From positions 46,758,421 to 46,821,876 of the forward strand of contig NC_068988.1 in the NCBI RefSeq assembly GCF_001194135.2: a DNA stretch of 63,456 bases. Direction: 5' to 3'. Source of the DNA: Octopus bimaculoides (Eukaryota). A program made the position numbers and the translations under genes. The notes under the pieces were generated by a model. That model saw only the letters and a list, made by a program, of their open reading frames with translations, made no database searches and was not told the DNA's origin. Shown here one piece after another: positions 26,161 to 38,304 of this stretch. Position 1 is the first letter of the stretch. Each line of letters opens with the position of its first letter.

Positions 26161-26952
26161 GAGACTTTTCTATATCATTTACCAAACCTTCCTTAACTTG
26201 AAAACTTCTAAGTTGGTGATAAACCAAATTTAGTGAACATTTTAAGAAGCAAACTGAAAATCAAGACATGTTCTTCCCAAACATCGGTATCTTCTTGACC
26301 GACCTGAATTCCTATGCGTTCATGATTTATTAGTATCTTGGAATTTACTTCTAAGACTACAATAAGTATAAAATATGAAATTCTTTCAAACATATTTTTC
26401 TCAGCAAAAAATGTTAGCATCTAATGAGAAATTATGGTTGAAGACTAAGTGTTTCAACTGGTATGTACAACTTAGTTTGCTAAGAAATTACAGATGCACC
26501 TATGTACCTGATAAATAAAAAAAACAAAAAAAAACAAAACAGTAACGGTAACTCATGTTAATGAAGATGCAAAAAAAAAATGAATAACAAAGTAAAAATA
26601 AGTGAAAGAAAACCGAATCATACCAATTAAGAATAGTAACTAATTAGTTCTTTTACAGTAATTAACCAATCTTAATTGTAACTTCAAGAAACTTCTTGCA
26701 GTTCTCTTGAGAACTTCCCATTTCTCCTTCCACAGAAAGATGCCAACAGCATATCTCCTTTCCAGTAGTGGTGTAGATATTTTCCTATAAAATTTACGTT
26801 GTCTTTGCATGAATAGCAATATAGATACATATGTGAGTTGGTACACATTCATACATACAAACACATGTACACACATATGTACATACATGTGTGTATCTTA
26901 TTTACATTATTTACATTATTTACGGATATTTGTCCTCATCTTGTTTGTTGTT

Positions 26953-26998
26953 AACACAATGTTTCAGCTGATATACCCTCCAGCATTCATCAGGTGTC
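26953..26998 (-). ncRNA. Minimal type I HHR motif with intact CTGATGA and GAAA boxes
   Basis: GACAC-CTGATGA-A-TGCTG(GAGGGTATAT)CAGCT-GAAA-CA-TT-GTGTT; predicted cleavage between 26958 and 26957. Confidence 0.7.
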
Positions 26999-27062
26999 TT
27001 GGGGAAATTTTGAACCTGGGTTCTCATTCTTAAGGCATTTTTTTATGTTGTTATTATTATTA

Positions 27063-27105
<43 letters not shown>

Positions 27106-27107
27106 TC

Positions 27108-27185
27108 AAGTCACTGCCTTGAATCGAACTCGGAATCTTGGGGTTAGTTAGTAGCCCGCGCTCTTAACCACAACGCCATATGCCC
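27108..27185 (-). promoter_or_regulatory. tRNA-derived head with Pol III A and B boxes
   Basis: A box TGGCGTTGTGG (27178-27168), B box GAGTTCGATTCA (27131-27120); cloverleaf stems eroded, so not a functional tRNA. Confidence 0.7.
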
Positions 27186-28013
27186 GTGCATATCTCTTTA
27201 CATATATTTATAACTATCTATCAATATATATGTATACAGAAGGAGATGCTGGAAAGATCCTGGCTTTAAGGGTATCGCAAACGGCTTGGTTGGAGGCCCA
27301 ATCTTCTAAGTTCAATATTCACGATTCAGCACTCTTTGCATTTATTTATTTTCCATAGTTAGTCCAGTCATTAGTCATAACTCCAACAAATGAAGAGTGC
27401 TCAGAATATATTTGAACGACTTCTTAAAACAGGATGTGTTTGATTTTTACAAAAGCTCTTATTTCCTAAACTTAGTGAGTTCCAGTAGTTTAATAGTCAA
27501 CTGATTCTGGTCAAACCATCAGTGTTTCCTCTATCTTTCTATATTGACTCAATAAGCAAGTTGTTATAGAAACTCCTAAATGCCCTTGAAGTCCAAGTTA
27601 AGTTGAATATATGAATATTAGCTTTATGAAGGTATATTCAGCATTCATTCTTTCCATTTATTTATTTATTTATCTATTTATTTATTTATTTTATAATGTC
27701 ATTGGCCATAACCCTAACAACTTAAATTAAGATGTGCTTAATGAGATTTATATGCCTTTAGTTATTACATGCATATATTCATACGTACATATATATAAAA
27801 AAAAAAGGCAATGTGCATTAGAATTTAATTATAGAAATGGCCTCTATTTGTGTTGCATCATCAATGGACGTTAAATTATGATGACACACATACATATATA
27901 TATTTAGAGGACATTTCTATAATTAAATTCTAATGCACATTGCATTTTTTATATGCATGTACATATACATGTGTGTGTATTTGTGTCCATCTATATATAC
28001 ATATATACATACA

Positions 28014-28102
<89 letters not shown>

Positions 28103-28304
28103 GCATATACATATACACATGTATGTGCATATGTATGTCAGTATATATATGTGTGTGTACTTGTGTGCGTGTATGAGTGTGTATATGCACATTTGCATAT
28201 ATGAATGTGTGTATATCTATTTATCTTTCTGTCTGTCTTCCTGCCAGTCTGTCTGGCTGGCTGTCTTTATGTATGTGTCTATGTATGTATTTGTAAAATG
28301 CATT

Positions 28305-28495
28305 GCATTGTCATCATCATCATCATCGTTTAACGTCCGCTTTCCATGCTAGCATGGGTTGGACGATTTGACTGAGGACTGGTGAAACCGGATGGCAACA
28401 CCAGCTTCCGATCTGATTTGGCAGAGTTTCTTCAGCTGGATGCCCTTCCTAACGCAAACCACTCAGAGAGTGTAGTGGGTGCTGTTACGTGAGTT
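28305..28495 (-). mobile_element. Family D repeat
   Basis: Reverse complement of 16590-16845 including the (GAT)n tail. Confidence 0.8.
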
Positions 28496-29544
28496 TACAA
28501 AATTGTCGTCAAAGTGAAGAAGGCTAAGAAGAAGAAAGAGTGGGTAAATTAGATGAGGACAGCTTGAGAAAAGCTAATGGCTATCCAGAGAAAGCAAAAT
28601 AAAGAGATGGATAAATAAATAGAGAGAGAGAGAGAGAAAGAGGGAGGGAGAGAGATGAAAAGAGAGAGAGAGAGAAAGAGAAAAGTGGGGAGTAGAAANN
28701 NNNNNNNNNNNNNNNNNNNNNNNNNNNNNNNNNNNNNNNNNNNNNNNNNNNNNNNNNNNNNNNNNNNNNNNNNNNNNNNNNNNNNNNNNNNNNNNNNNNN
28801 NNNNNNNNNNNNNNNNNNNNNNNNNNNNNNNNNNNNNNNNNNNNNNNNNNNNNNNNNNNNNNNNNNNNNNNNNNNNNNNNNNNNNNNNNNNNNNNNNNNN
28901 NNNNNNNNNNNNNNNNNNNNNNNNNNNNNNNNNNNNNNNNNNNNNNNNNNNNNNNNNNNNNNNNNNNNNNNNNNNNNNNNNNNNNNNNNNNNNNNNNNNN
29001 NNNNNNNNNNNNNNNNNNNNNNNNNNNNNNNNNNNNNNNNNNNNNNNNNNNNNNNNNNNNNNNNNNNNNNNNNNNNNNNNNNNNNNNNNNNNNNNNNNNN
29101 NNNNNNNNNNNNNNNNNNNNNNNNNNNNNNNNNNNNNNNNNNNNNNNNNNNNNNNNNNNNNNNNNNNNNNNNNNNNNNNNNNNNNNNNNNNNNNNNNNNN
29201 NNNNNNNNNNNNNNNNNNNNNNNNNNNNNNNNNNNNNNNNNNNNNNNNNNNNNNNNNNNNNNNNNNNNNNNNNNNNNNNNNNNNNNNNNNNNNNNNNNNN
29301 NNNNNNNNNNNNNNNNNNNNNNNNNNNNNNNNNNNNNNNNNNNNNNNNNNNNNNNNNNNNNNNNNNNNNNNNNNNNNNNNNNNNNNNNNNNNNNNNNNNN
29401 NNNNNNNNNNNNNNNNNNNNNNNNNNNNNNNNNNNNNNNNNNNNNNNNNNNNNNNNNNNNNNNNNNNNNNNNNNNNNNNNNNNNNNNNNNNNNNNNNNNN
29501 NNNNNNNNNNNNNNNNNNNNNNNNNNNNNNNNNNNNNNNNNNNN

Positions 29545-29634
<90 letters not shown>

Positions 29635-29789
29635 AAGAAGAAGAAGATGATGATGATGATGATAATGATAATGATGATGATGATGATGATAATGATAATG
29701 ATGATGATGATGATGATGATTAAATTGATGTATGTATGTATACACTTTTTATATACTATGTTAGACCATGTTGTGATATATTATAATTC

Positions 29790-30350
29790 TCCATAGTTAT
29801 TTGTGGAAGTCTTCTCAAGAACCAAATATTGCCAGTCATCACGGTCCCTTGTTATCCCCTCTTTGACGTCCAAGATCCAGATATAAGCCTTAACAACTTT
29901 GTTTCGTGTCTTTGTAGATCACCATCTTCCACAAACTAATATAGTTTGTGGAAAATGGTGATGCATGTTAAGTAACTAGCACTTCTTTCTGCTGTTATCC
30001 TCATAAATGCACATCACATATCCATACAAGCACAATCTTATTTCTTGCACACTAGAATATATTACTCTTATGCCCAGATTTTTTCTCAGTGCGTTTGTGC
30101 TATTCAGTACATTACACAGCTAATGGGGCACGCTGGCATCATTTCTGTCCAGTCTTTTTAATTCCTCTGCCTTGAATGCCTATGCTTTCTCTACTATGAA
30201 AACCTAACAAAAGTGATGTACAATCTGTCCTTTACAGTAAAGGAGAACTTTACTGCCAGCAGCAATAGTATTAGCTTCTTGGACTTTCTCCAACCTGTTC
30301 TCACTCTCACTTTTATACATTCTGAGCACCTACCTTTCATAGATCAAAAC
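29790..30350 (-). pseudogene. RTE LINE 3' ORF relic
   Basis: GRCSECIKVRVRTGWRKSKKLILLLLAVKFSFTVKDRLY..AEELKRLDRNDAS..LRKNLGIR..VQEIRLCLYGYVM. Confidence 0.75.
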
Positions 30351-30499
30351 CATGGAAGAAATGTGTTTATTTTCTTATTTCTTTCTGTGATATCAGAGAT
30401 TCAGCTTATTTACCATCGTCGAACTGAAGCTTCTGCATTCATATAATATATTCAAGCACACACATACGAATAAAAGTGTGTATGCCTATCCAGGTCTGT

Positions 30500-31000
30500 C
30501 AGCTGGTCTGTAGTTGATCTGGATCTTTTATGAAGAGCACAATGTCATTGAGCATAGTGATGTTGGAATAATGGTTGAATTTGAGGAGGTGAATGAGTTG
30601 ATCGACTTGTCGCACATTAAATGCCAATACACAAGTGCTGAAATCTCGTATGGAGTTAGAGCAACATGGAAGTATTTTGCCTCGATTACAGATGTGCTCA
30701 AAAACATTGCTGGAAAAGACCCTGCATGCAAATCTCTTCAATAGCATTTTACATTGAAGCAAAACAGTGTGAAAGTACTATATGTAATGTGACATAAGTC
30801 AAATTCTCAACAACTTCGAATGTTCTGGTGGGTGGGGTAAAGATTCTGCTTTTGGCATATGTCATTACATTACTCAAAGATCTAGAAAAACACTGTATTA
30901 TAAATCACTTTTCTTTACACCCCCACCGTTATTTAGTGGTTTTTACCTCAAAATTATACATCATAAGAAATTTAAAGATAACCAACTTGTATTTCGCATA
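30500..31000 (-). pseudogene. Possible ancient non-LTR RT relic (clade unassigned)
   Basis: VFLDL at about 30880 and LAFNVRQVDQLIHLLK..MLNDIVLF at about 30545; spacing of about 110 codons fits RT domains 3 to 5; very degenerate. Confidence 0.35.
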
Positions 31001-31914
31001 TCATATGACTGACCAGCCATCTTCAGGCAGGTGCAATATGCCTGGAACAACTTTCAACTGATGCTTCAACTTCAACCACCACCTGAACAATTTATTGACG
31101 AAACCACAAAACCTATGAAAATGAGGAAGTCCAAGTTGCTCCCTGTTTTAAATGTAAAATTGCAAAACAAGACCTAGTAAATGTCAAAGAAATTTATCAA
31201 GAACTGAACTACTGTGGCTTAAAAAGACACTCATGTTTAAAGAAATTTACGGCTAAAAATAATAGATATCTGGAAACTAGAAGCAAAATCAAATTTTCAA
31301 TAATCAACTGAACTCACCGTCTGTATGTCAGACAAGAGTTGTTGACAACAAGATTATAATTTTTTAGACTATAAACCTCATCTTTAGCTATGAAAATACT
31401 TTTTAAGTTTATATCTACGTTTTGTTTTGATCAATTTGATCTCTGATTGTCATCAGGTGTCGTATTTCTAGATACTATGTATTATCTACTATGTACACAA
31501 CTCAAAAATATGAAGCTAATTGTCTGAAAAATTTATATTCTTCTTCACATAAATATTGCTCTTCAGATTTTTCATGTAAATAACATTCTGATCAATGAAA
31601 TCAGTAAAGTGTACTGAAAGGGTATTCATCGTAATGTCTTTGTTACATCGTAGCTTCTGGTGGTCCTTCAATCTTGCATCCATAAGTTTTCACTGTTTCA
31701 GATTGTTGTTTTAAACAGCTGCCTGGTTTTCACATTACACTTTTGGTTTTCAAACTTCTGCATTTCTGCAGTTTCTCATTCGGTATTAAAGAAAATCTTA
31801 TAGCAAACTCTTAAACTGCAGCAGCTACATATTACAAATGTAAACTTGCCAGACACATCTCTTACACTTAGTGAATAACAAGCCATGAATAGTAGTAACA
31901 ACAACAATAATAAT

Positions 31915-32140
31915 ATTTTTTTCTACTATAAGCACAAGTCCTGAAATTTTGGGGGAAGAGGCTTGTCGATTAGATCACCTGCAGTACACAACGGGTTCTT
32001 AATCTATCGATCCTGAATGGATGAAAGGATGAAAGGCAAAGTCGACCTCAGTGGATTTTGAACTCAGAACGGAGCAACAGACCAAATACTGCAAAGCATT
32101 TTGTCCAGCATGCAAAAGAATCTGCCAGCTCGGCACCTTA
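31915..32140 (-). mobile_element. SINE family A, near full length
   Basis: Minus-strand head GCCGAGCTGGCAGATTC..CTGAGTTCAAAATCC, central domain, ..TATAGTAGAA(ATT)n tail. Confidence 0.8.
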
Positions 32141-32144
32141 AATA

Positions 32145-32161
32145 ATGATAATAATAATGAC

Positions 32162-32245
<84 letters not shown>

Positions 32246-32296
32246 AAGAAGAAGAAGAAGAAGAACAACAACAACAACAACAACAACAATAATAAT
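32145..32296. repeat. Compound (AAT)n(AAG)n(AAC)n microsatellite
   Basis: Direct reading. Confidence 0.95.
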
Positions 32297-32645
32297 GTAT
32301 CATGCCACACACCTGACAACAAGGTATGCGATAAGGAAGAAACAAAGGTTAATTGATATAACAGGCTAGCTTGGGAGGTTAAGCAGTTGTGGTCGCTGAG
32401 AAAGGTGGTAGTAGTACCATTAACTGTCGGAGCTCTGGGAACAGTGAGTAAAAATCTTGAGAAGTACATGGAACACATTGGGGCTGCAATAAGGGTGGAG
32501 CACTTGCAGAAAACAGCACTGCTTGGAACTGCTCAAATACTCCGGAAGGTGCTCGAAAAATAAGGGATGTTACCTTAGTTCACTGGTAGTGAACAGCTAA
32601 CACCGTAGTACATCTCCAGTGTTAGAAGCTGTGCAAAGACAATAA
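32297..32645 (+). mobile_element. 5'-truncated R4/Dong-like non-LTR element: REL endonuclease C-terminus plus 3' UTR
   Basis: VSCHTPDNKVCDKEETKVN*YNRLAWEVKQLWSLRKVVVVPLTVGALGTVSKNLEKYMEHIG..LQKTALLGTAQILRKVLEK*; AAT repeats on both sides. Confidence 0.8.
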
Positions 32646-32654
32646 AATAATAAT

Positions 32655-33040
32655 AGGCACTAGGCCAGTAATTTCTGTGGAAAAAGTAAACCAATAACAT
32701 CGGCCCCAGTACTTCAACTGGTACTTATTTTATGGATCCCGAAATGACTAAAGGCAAAGTTGACCTCGGTGGAATTTGAACTCAGTATATAAGGACGGAC
32801 GAAATGCCGCTAAGCGTTTTACTCGGTGTGCTAACAATTCTCCTAGTTCATCGTCTTTTCTTTTCAACTTCATGCACAAGGCCTGAAATTTTTTTAAGCG
32901 AGGAGGCTAGTGCTCAACTGGTTCTTATTTTATCGACCTTAAGTGGGGGATGAAAATCAAAGTTGACCTCGGCAGTATTTGAACTGAAAATGTAAAGTCA
33001 TAAGAAATTCCGCTAAGCGTTGTATCCGGCACGCTAACGA
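32655..33040 (-). mobile_element. Two further tandem SINE family A fragments (about 32655-32830 and 32870-33040)
   Basis: Each has a CAACTGGT.CTTATTTTAT..A..AAAG.CAAAGTTGACCTCGG..GAATTTGAACT-type core. Confidence 0.75.
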
Positions 33041-34319
33041 TAATATTTATTAGTTACACGGACTCAAAGAGATTCAGATGTCCGAAGCTTTCACTAGGGG
33101 TTACAGAAAAAATGGATACTTGGAATATGAAACATATACAAATATCTAAAAATTACAGAGAGAAGGAAGAAAGGACATCACACAATATATGGAAGGACGT
33201 ATAAGGAAACTTTATGGTACGCACATACAAGCATAAATATACACAAGTGCACTTACATATACTTACATGTGCACATATGTATGTGCACACACTCATTTGT
33301 ATGAGAAGAAATAAAAAGTACAAAAAAAAAACACAATAATTAAAACAAAATACATTTTAAACGAATAAGAGACGAAAGGTTTTCTAGCTCAGTTGTGTTA
33401 AGCACTCTACGACCCTGTTAACTTGATTATTTCTTAAAGTTGTGTTTGAATGGAACCGAATGCTCCAGTAAATATTTTTTTGAGGCATTTGGTGTTGAAA
33501 AACACCAGCATCTTGAAGTTATTTTATTTGTAAGCTTCATATACTATCTCAGTTTTAAACTTACAAGTAATCTATCTTTTGCATGTTGTTTATATTTTAT
33601 TGTAATTATTATTTTCTTCGGAGAACATTTGGTACCGTATATACGTTACTTTGTTAATTATTTGTTTGATTTTCGACGATGGCGACGCTTAGTTCAACTT
33701 CAACATCTGCATTTTCTTCATGGGGGATGAAGGGATATCGTTATTGCTTACAAGGAATTATTCCTTCTAACCTGATTTTGTTATCTCAAGTCATTTTTCT
33801 GTGATGTCTTTCTCTTTTTCCCCTTCATATTTTCATCCGTAATTATCATTTCCTCATCGTGCAATGAAAGTGTGCTACTGCAAGTTGGTACTGTTGCGGG
33901 ATGAAATATTTGCTCATCTATTAACGATAAAAGACCTAACGATATGTTCTTTACTATCCCGAAGAGCTTTGATAGGTTCAATATTTTTAGTCACTCTTTA
34001 TTTTCAATATTTTCGTCCACTTTGTTATTGTTTCATCTTCCGAGTTCTTTGATAATCAACTCTAAAGTGCGCTTCCTCTTTTTACTCCAACAAATACAGC
34101 AAATAGGCATCACTAGTCTCATGGCCTTTGCTTCCGTGCCTTTTACTGGGTAAAGGTCTTATAATGAGTCTTTAACCTTCGAGATTCATTAAGACTCACA
34201 AGTATGTTTAGACGCCTTCTGAATGCAGGTCTCTTTCGTTAACTGCGCTTTTACCACTATTCCATATTGTGATACAAATATATATATATATATATAGACA
34301 AATATACTGACAGACAAAC

Positions 34320-34371
<52 letters not shown>

Positions 34372-34377
<6 letters not shown>

Positions 34378-34535
34378 AAATAGCTATGGCCGTTCTATGG
34401 AGTTACCCAGGGTTTCGCGTCCATAAAGCACTTGGCTTTACAATGTCTCGTCTAACAAGACGTTATAAAGCTAAGTGTTTTGTAGACACGAAAATCTTGG
34501 TAGTTCCATAGACCGGCTATGACTGTCTTTATCTA
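34372..34535. mobile_element. About 160-bp palindromic (fold-back) element
   Basis: 34386-34448 is the diverged reverse complement of 34458-34520; 9-nt loop. Confidence 0.8.
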
Positions 34536-35524
34536 AATACTCTACTGCGCTATAATTTAGAATCTGCTTCTCTTTCGGATTCGTGATTTATTGACGATGT
34601 GTTTGTGTGTGTTCATCTATATTTGGGATGTGAATGTACAAGGTTATGTGAAACTATGCGGGATTTCAAAATGAATAGACTGCTTAGGGGAAGTAACTAA
34701 TACGTATTTCTTAATTTTTATTTCTCTTAAATTAGCTCCGGACTTTTGCAAAAGTTTGCGTTCACCGAAGACCAATTCATTTTGTGAATTGTCTTATGTG
34801 AGAACATAAGTTTGCTCCCGCTTTCTAAACAATGCTTGTTATGGATTATGTTTCATTCAGCTTCTCATAATCAAGTCCATCAACAAACCTCCCTATAAAG
34901 CTCAGCTATTAAGTCTGGTAAAATACATTTTAGTGACAAAAGAAGTAAAGCTGGGTTTTGCAACATAAAAATCAATTTTAGGAGGTTAAAATAAACTATG
35001 AAAGTAACCGAGAATTAACCATTAAGCGAATTTAAATCCGCTGATGGTGATGTTATTGTTTATAACATTATTAGCATGATATTTTGAGACCTAGTTCACA
35101 ATTGTAATGTCATTACACAATGAAGCCAAATATCTTTAAAATTTAATGGATTTAGGATTACTGTCATTACGTACTTAATATAACAGTATAAAAATAAACT
35201 GAATAAAAGTTCTTTTTACAATAAAATTAAAATTTGAACAATGCCAGAGCACTCTCCTCCATATGTACACACATACATACATATCTGTCCACGTTTATTT
35301 CCAGGTCAATTTATAATAAAACAATTTTACATTAAACTGACGGATTATTCAAAGCATTTTACAGATATTTATCCTTCTTTAAATATTCTTACAGATATTT
35401 ATCATTCTGTAAAATGAATGGTGTTGATTGTGCTTTCGAAGTTTCGATTTACTTAGCCTTCATCCAATGAAACTAATCAGACCAATACTTTGAAGTCACT
35501 CTTAATGCTGTTCTTGTTAAAGAA

Positions 35525-35690
35525 CAGGCATGGTTGTGTGGTAAAAAGCTTGCTTCCCAGCCACATGGTTCCAGGTTCAGTCCTACTGCATGGCACCTTG
35601 AGCAGGTATCTTCTATTATGGCCTCGGGCCGACCGAAGCCCTGTGAGTGGATTTGGTAGACGGAAACTGAAAGAAGCCGTCAAACATAAT
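35525..35690 (+). mobile_element. SINE family B 5' half, directly upstream of the PLE
   Basis: AGGCATGGTTGTGTGGTAAAAAGCTTGCTTCCCAGCCACATGGTTCCAGGTTCAGTCC..GACGGAAACTGAAAGAAGCCGTC. Confidence 0.85.
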
Positions 35691-35829
35691 TAAGAACCTC
35701 CGCAATTTATTCCAACGAAGAAATCCGAACCACGTACTTCCAATCAATTTATCCAGACAGCTAAACCAGCCTCCCAGCAATCCTAATATAATTAATAGCA
35801 CTGTTATTAATTACACTAAACATTGTTTT

Positions 35830-38001
35830 AGACCAAGTGGAGAGAAACAGGGACAGACGTTGGAACAAAACATACAGGAGAAACTCTAATAAATTTATCA
35901 AAGAAAATTCTCTCTGCAACAAAAATCAGTATACTAGCAAAAGGATTAAAATTTACCCCAACACCACGAAGATCTAACCAGAAAGAAATTAAAGACATTT
36001 CGGAATTCTGCAGAAAACTACGACTCACAGAAGCACTAACTGTCTATGACAATGAGGACGAATCATTGATTAAAAACAGAAGCAATTATCTTCCACCTAA
36101 GTGTAGGAATAAAACACTAGATGACTTCTGCAATCATATCCAAAACTTCCCAAATACTTTCCATAAGCGAAAAATTAATTCAAACCTCAATAATCTAGAA
36201 TGGAAAAATCTAATTGAACTGCAAAACGGCAAAGAACTGATAATTAAAGAAGCAGACAAAGGAAGTTCTGTAGTCCTGATGGACACAGAATACTACAAAA
36301 AACTAGTATTATCCATGCTAGAAGACGATACCTTCTACGAAAAAGTTGTAAAATATGAACAACAAAAAAAACAATGAAAAATCTTGCATCCTTAATTCTT
36401 CTACGTGGAAATGGCCTGACAGAAAAAAATTAGATTATATCACGAACTTTAAATATAAACCTAATCTTTTTTACGGGCTACCTAGAATACACAAGAGAAA
36501 ATACTTAAAGAAGCCTGCAAACAATCACTAGGTAAATACATAGATATCCAAGCGCCAGGAGACTTAAAGTTAAGACCCATTGTAGCTGTCCAGCCTGTGA
36601 AACCTAACGCCTAAGTAATTTCTAGACATCCTACTGAAACACTTGCTGAAAATACGTCAAAAGTTTCATTAGAGACAATCTAGACATGCTTGAGCACCTA
36701 TCAAAAACAACTAGCGAAGAGACATTATTGGATTCCTTCGATGTTATTAATCTTCACACCAACATCACACGTAACTATCGAATAGAAGCAATAAACTTCT
36801 TGTTGGAAAAGTATTCCGAAGTACTTCCAGAACGCATATACCAAGTCTTTATAATTGAAACTTTAAAATTTATACTTCAGAACAATTATTTCCTATTTGA
36901 TGACACCTATAATCGTCAACAATGCGGACCTGTGATGGGAACGAAAGCATTCCTTGTTCTTGCGAACCTAATAATTGGATATTTTGAATTCAACATATAT
37001 GAAGTGTCTCTACAATAATATACTTATCCATTTCACCATTATATAAGAGAGGATTGGAAAAGAAACATAGATGACTGCCTTATCATTTGGAATGAGACCG
37101 TTTATAAACTTTTAGAATTTAAATAAATACTAAATAATATAAGCTTTAACATTCAATTTACAATGGAATATAGCAAAGAACAGCTCCCTTTCTTGGATAT
37201 TATGATAAAAAAATTCAACAACCAAATTGTAGCTGCCATAAACCAACGGACTCGAAGCAATATCTCCTGTTTAGCTCATGCCACTATCTGCACAATAGTG
37301 TCTGATAGAAATACTCGGGACCTTCGTTTTCAAACTTCAGAATAACGCTAACTGAGGGACAATATCCACCCTCACTTATAGACGATGAAATTAAGAAATT
37401 AGACATTAAGGGCAATAAAATATAACACCACACTTCACCTCAAAACACTACTGTATATATCAATTCAGAACACTAGAAACAATGCAGCATACGACACTAT
37501 TGTACAAAATCTACCTATGCTCACTAGAGATTCAATAATGAACAACATTCTGAAACACATAAATTCATCAAATGCAAAAGGCAACACAAATCGCTGAAAA
37601 GACATCTAACAAAAACGCGAAACCAACGGTTAAAAATGTTGACGCCCAAACTTTGGAACATGCCCCAAACTACTGGAATGCTCGGAATTTCGATACAAAC
37701 TTGTGCTTCCGAGAATCTAATTTATGTTATAACTTGCTCAGGTTGTAGACATAACTATATAAAACAGACAAGTATGACACTGAGACGGAGAACCACTCTA
37801 CGTCAGGAGCAGATCCAATTCCCGTATTATAGAAAGATTCCTTTGAGAGAACACATAGAGAAATGTGAAGGTAATATCTCACCAAACTTCACAATTTTCC
37901 CCATCTACCAGTGCACAGAAACAATTTTTACGCAAGAATGTTTAAATAAAGAAAATTTGTTCATCAAAAGATACAGAACACGTCTAAATATGAACGCATA
38001 A
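35830..38001 (+). pseudogene. Penelope/Poseidon-type PLE ORF (N-terminus, RT, GIY-YIG), multiply frameshifted
   Basis: INLSKKILS..LAKGLKFTPTP..EFCRKLRL; IIKEADKGSSVVLMD; FYGLPRIHK; LRPIV; SFDVINLHTNI; FILQNNYFLFD..MGTK; WKRNIDDC; LPFLDIMI; CASENLIYVITCSGCRHNYIKQT..KENLFIKRYRTRLN. Confidence 0.92.
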
Positions 38002-38271
38002 CTAACTTTGATCTCGGTATATATTTTAATTCATTATCACATACCCATCACTGTACATATTTCATCTCGCAACTTTAGCATTTGAGTTTTTGCGTATATA
38101 TATTTATTTCTCCCCTTCCCGAAAGATGAGAAATTACTTCTGTCCCCAATAATACTGATCCCAAATTACCTCCCATAGATTTTTCTACTCGTTGAATCAT
38201 TCATTGACAAACTTCACACACAGTATGAACTAAAATCTTCTTAAGAAAATACGAAATTACAATAATTTCAA

Positions 38272-38304
38272 TGTTATGATAAGCGAAAGCGAAACCGGTC
38301 GACA
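38272..38304 (+). ncRNA. Degenerate minimal type I HHR in the PLE 3' UTR
   Basis: TGTT-ATGATAA-GC(GAAA)GC-GAAA-CCGG-TC-GACA; palindromic ACCGGT stem III, GTC triplet, stem I TGTT/GACA; core mutated at C3 and G8. Confidence 0.6.

Larger units (their letters stand above)
26899..27188 (-). mobile_element. PLE-terminus family copy 4, SINE-like: starts at the tRNA-like head, then (AAT)n, HHR and a short tandem tail
   Basis: Homology to the longer copies stops at 27188, 3 nt upstream of the GGG at 27185; tail of about three AATGTAAAT-like units at 26899-26923. Confidence 0.85.

Noticed and set aside
25816-26196. 126-aa Asp/Met-rich ORF resembling an acidic biomineralisation protein
   Set aside because: It is the translation of a degenerate (GAT)n array that switches frame internally; no splice or homology support
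27108-27185. Possible genuine tRNA gene
   Set aside because: Acceptor and T stems do not pair and the anticodon arm has an insertion; treated as a tRNA-derived head
28371-28395. CTGAGGA-CTGGT-GAAA-CCGG in family D antisense
   Set aside because: No room for stem II, no UH triplet and no stem I
30514-30744. Protein-like plus-strand ORF (IWIFYEEHNV...)
   Set aside because: No recognisable family; better explained as the antisense of a decayed RT
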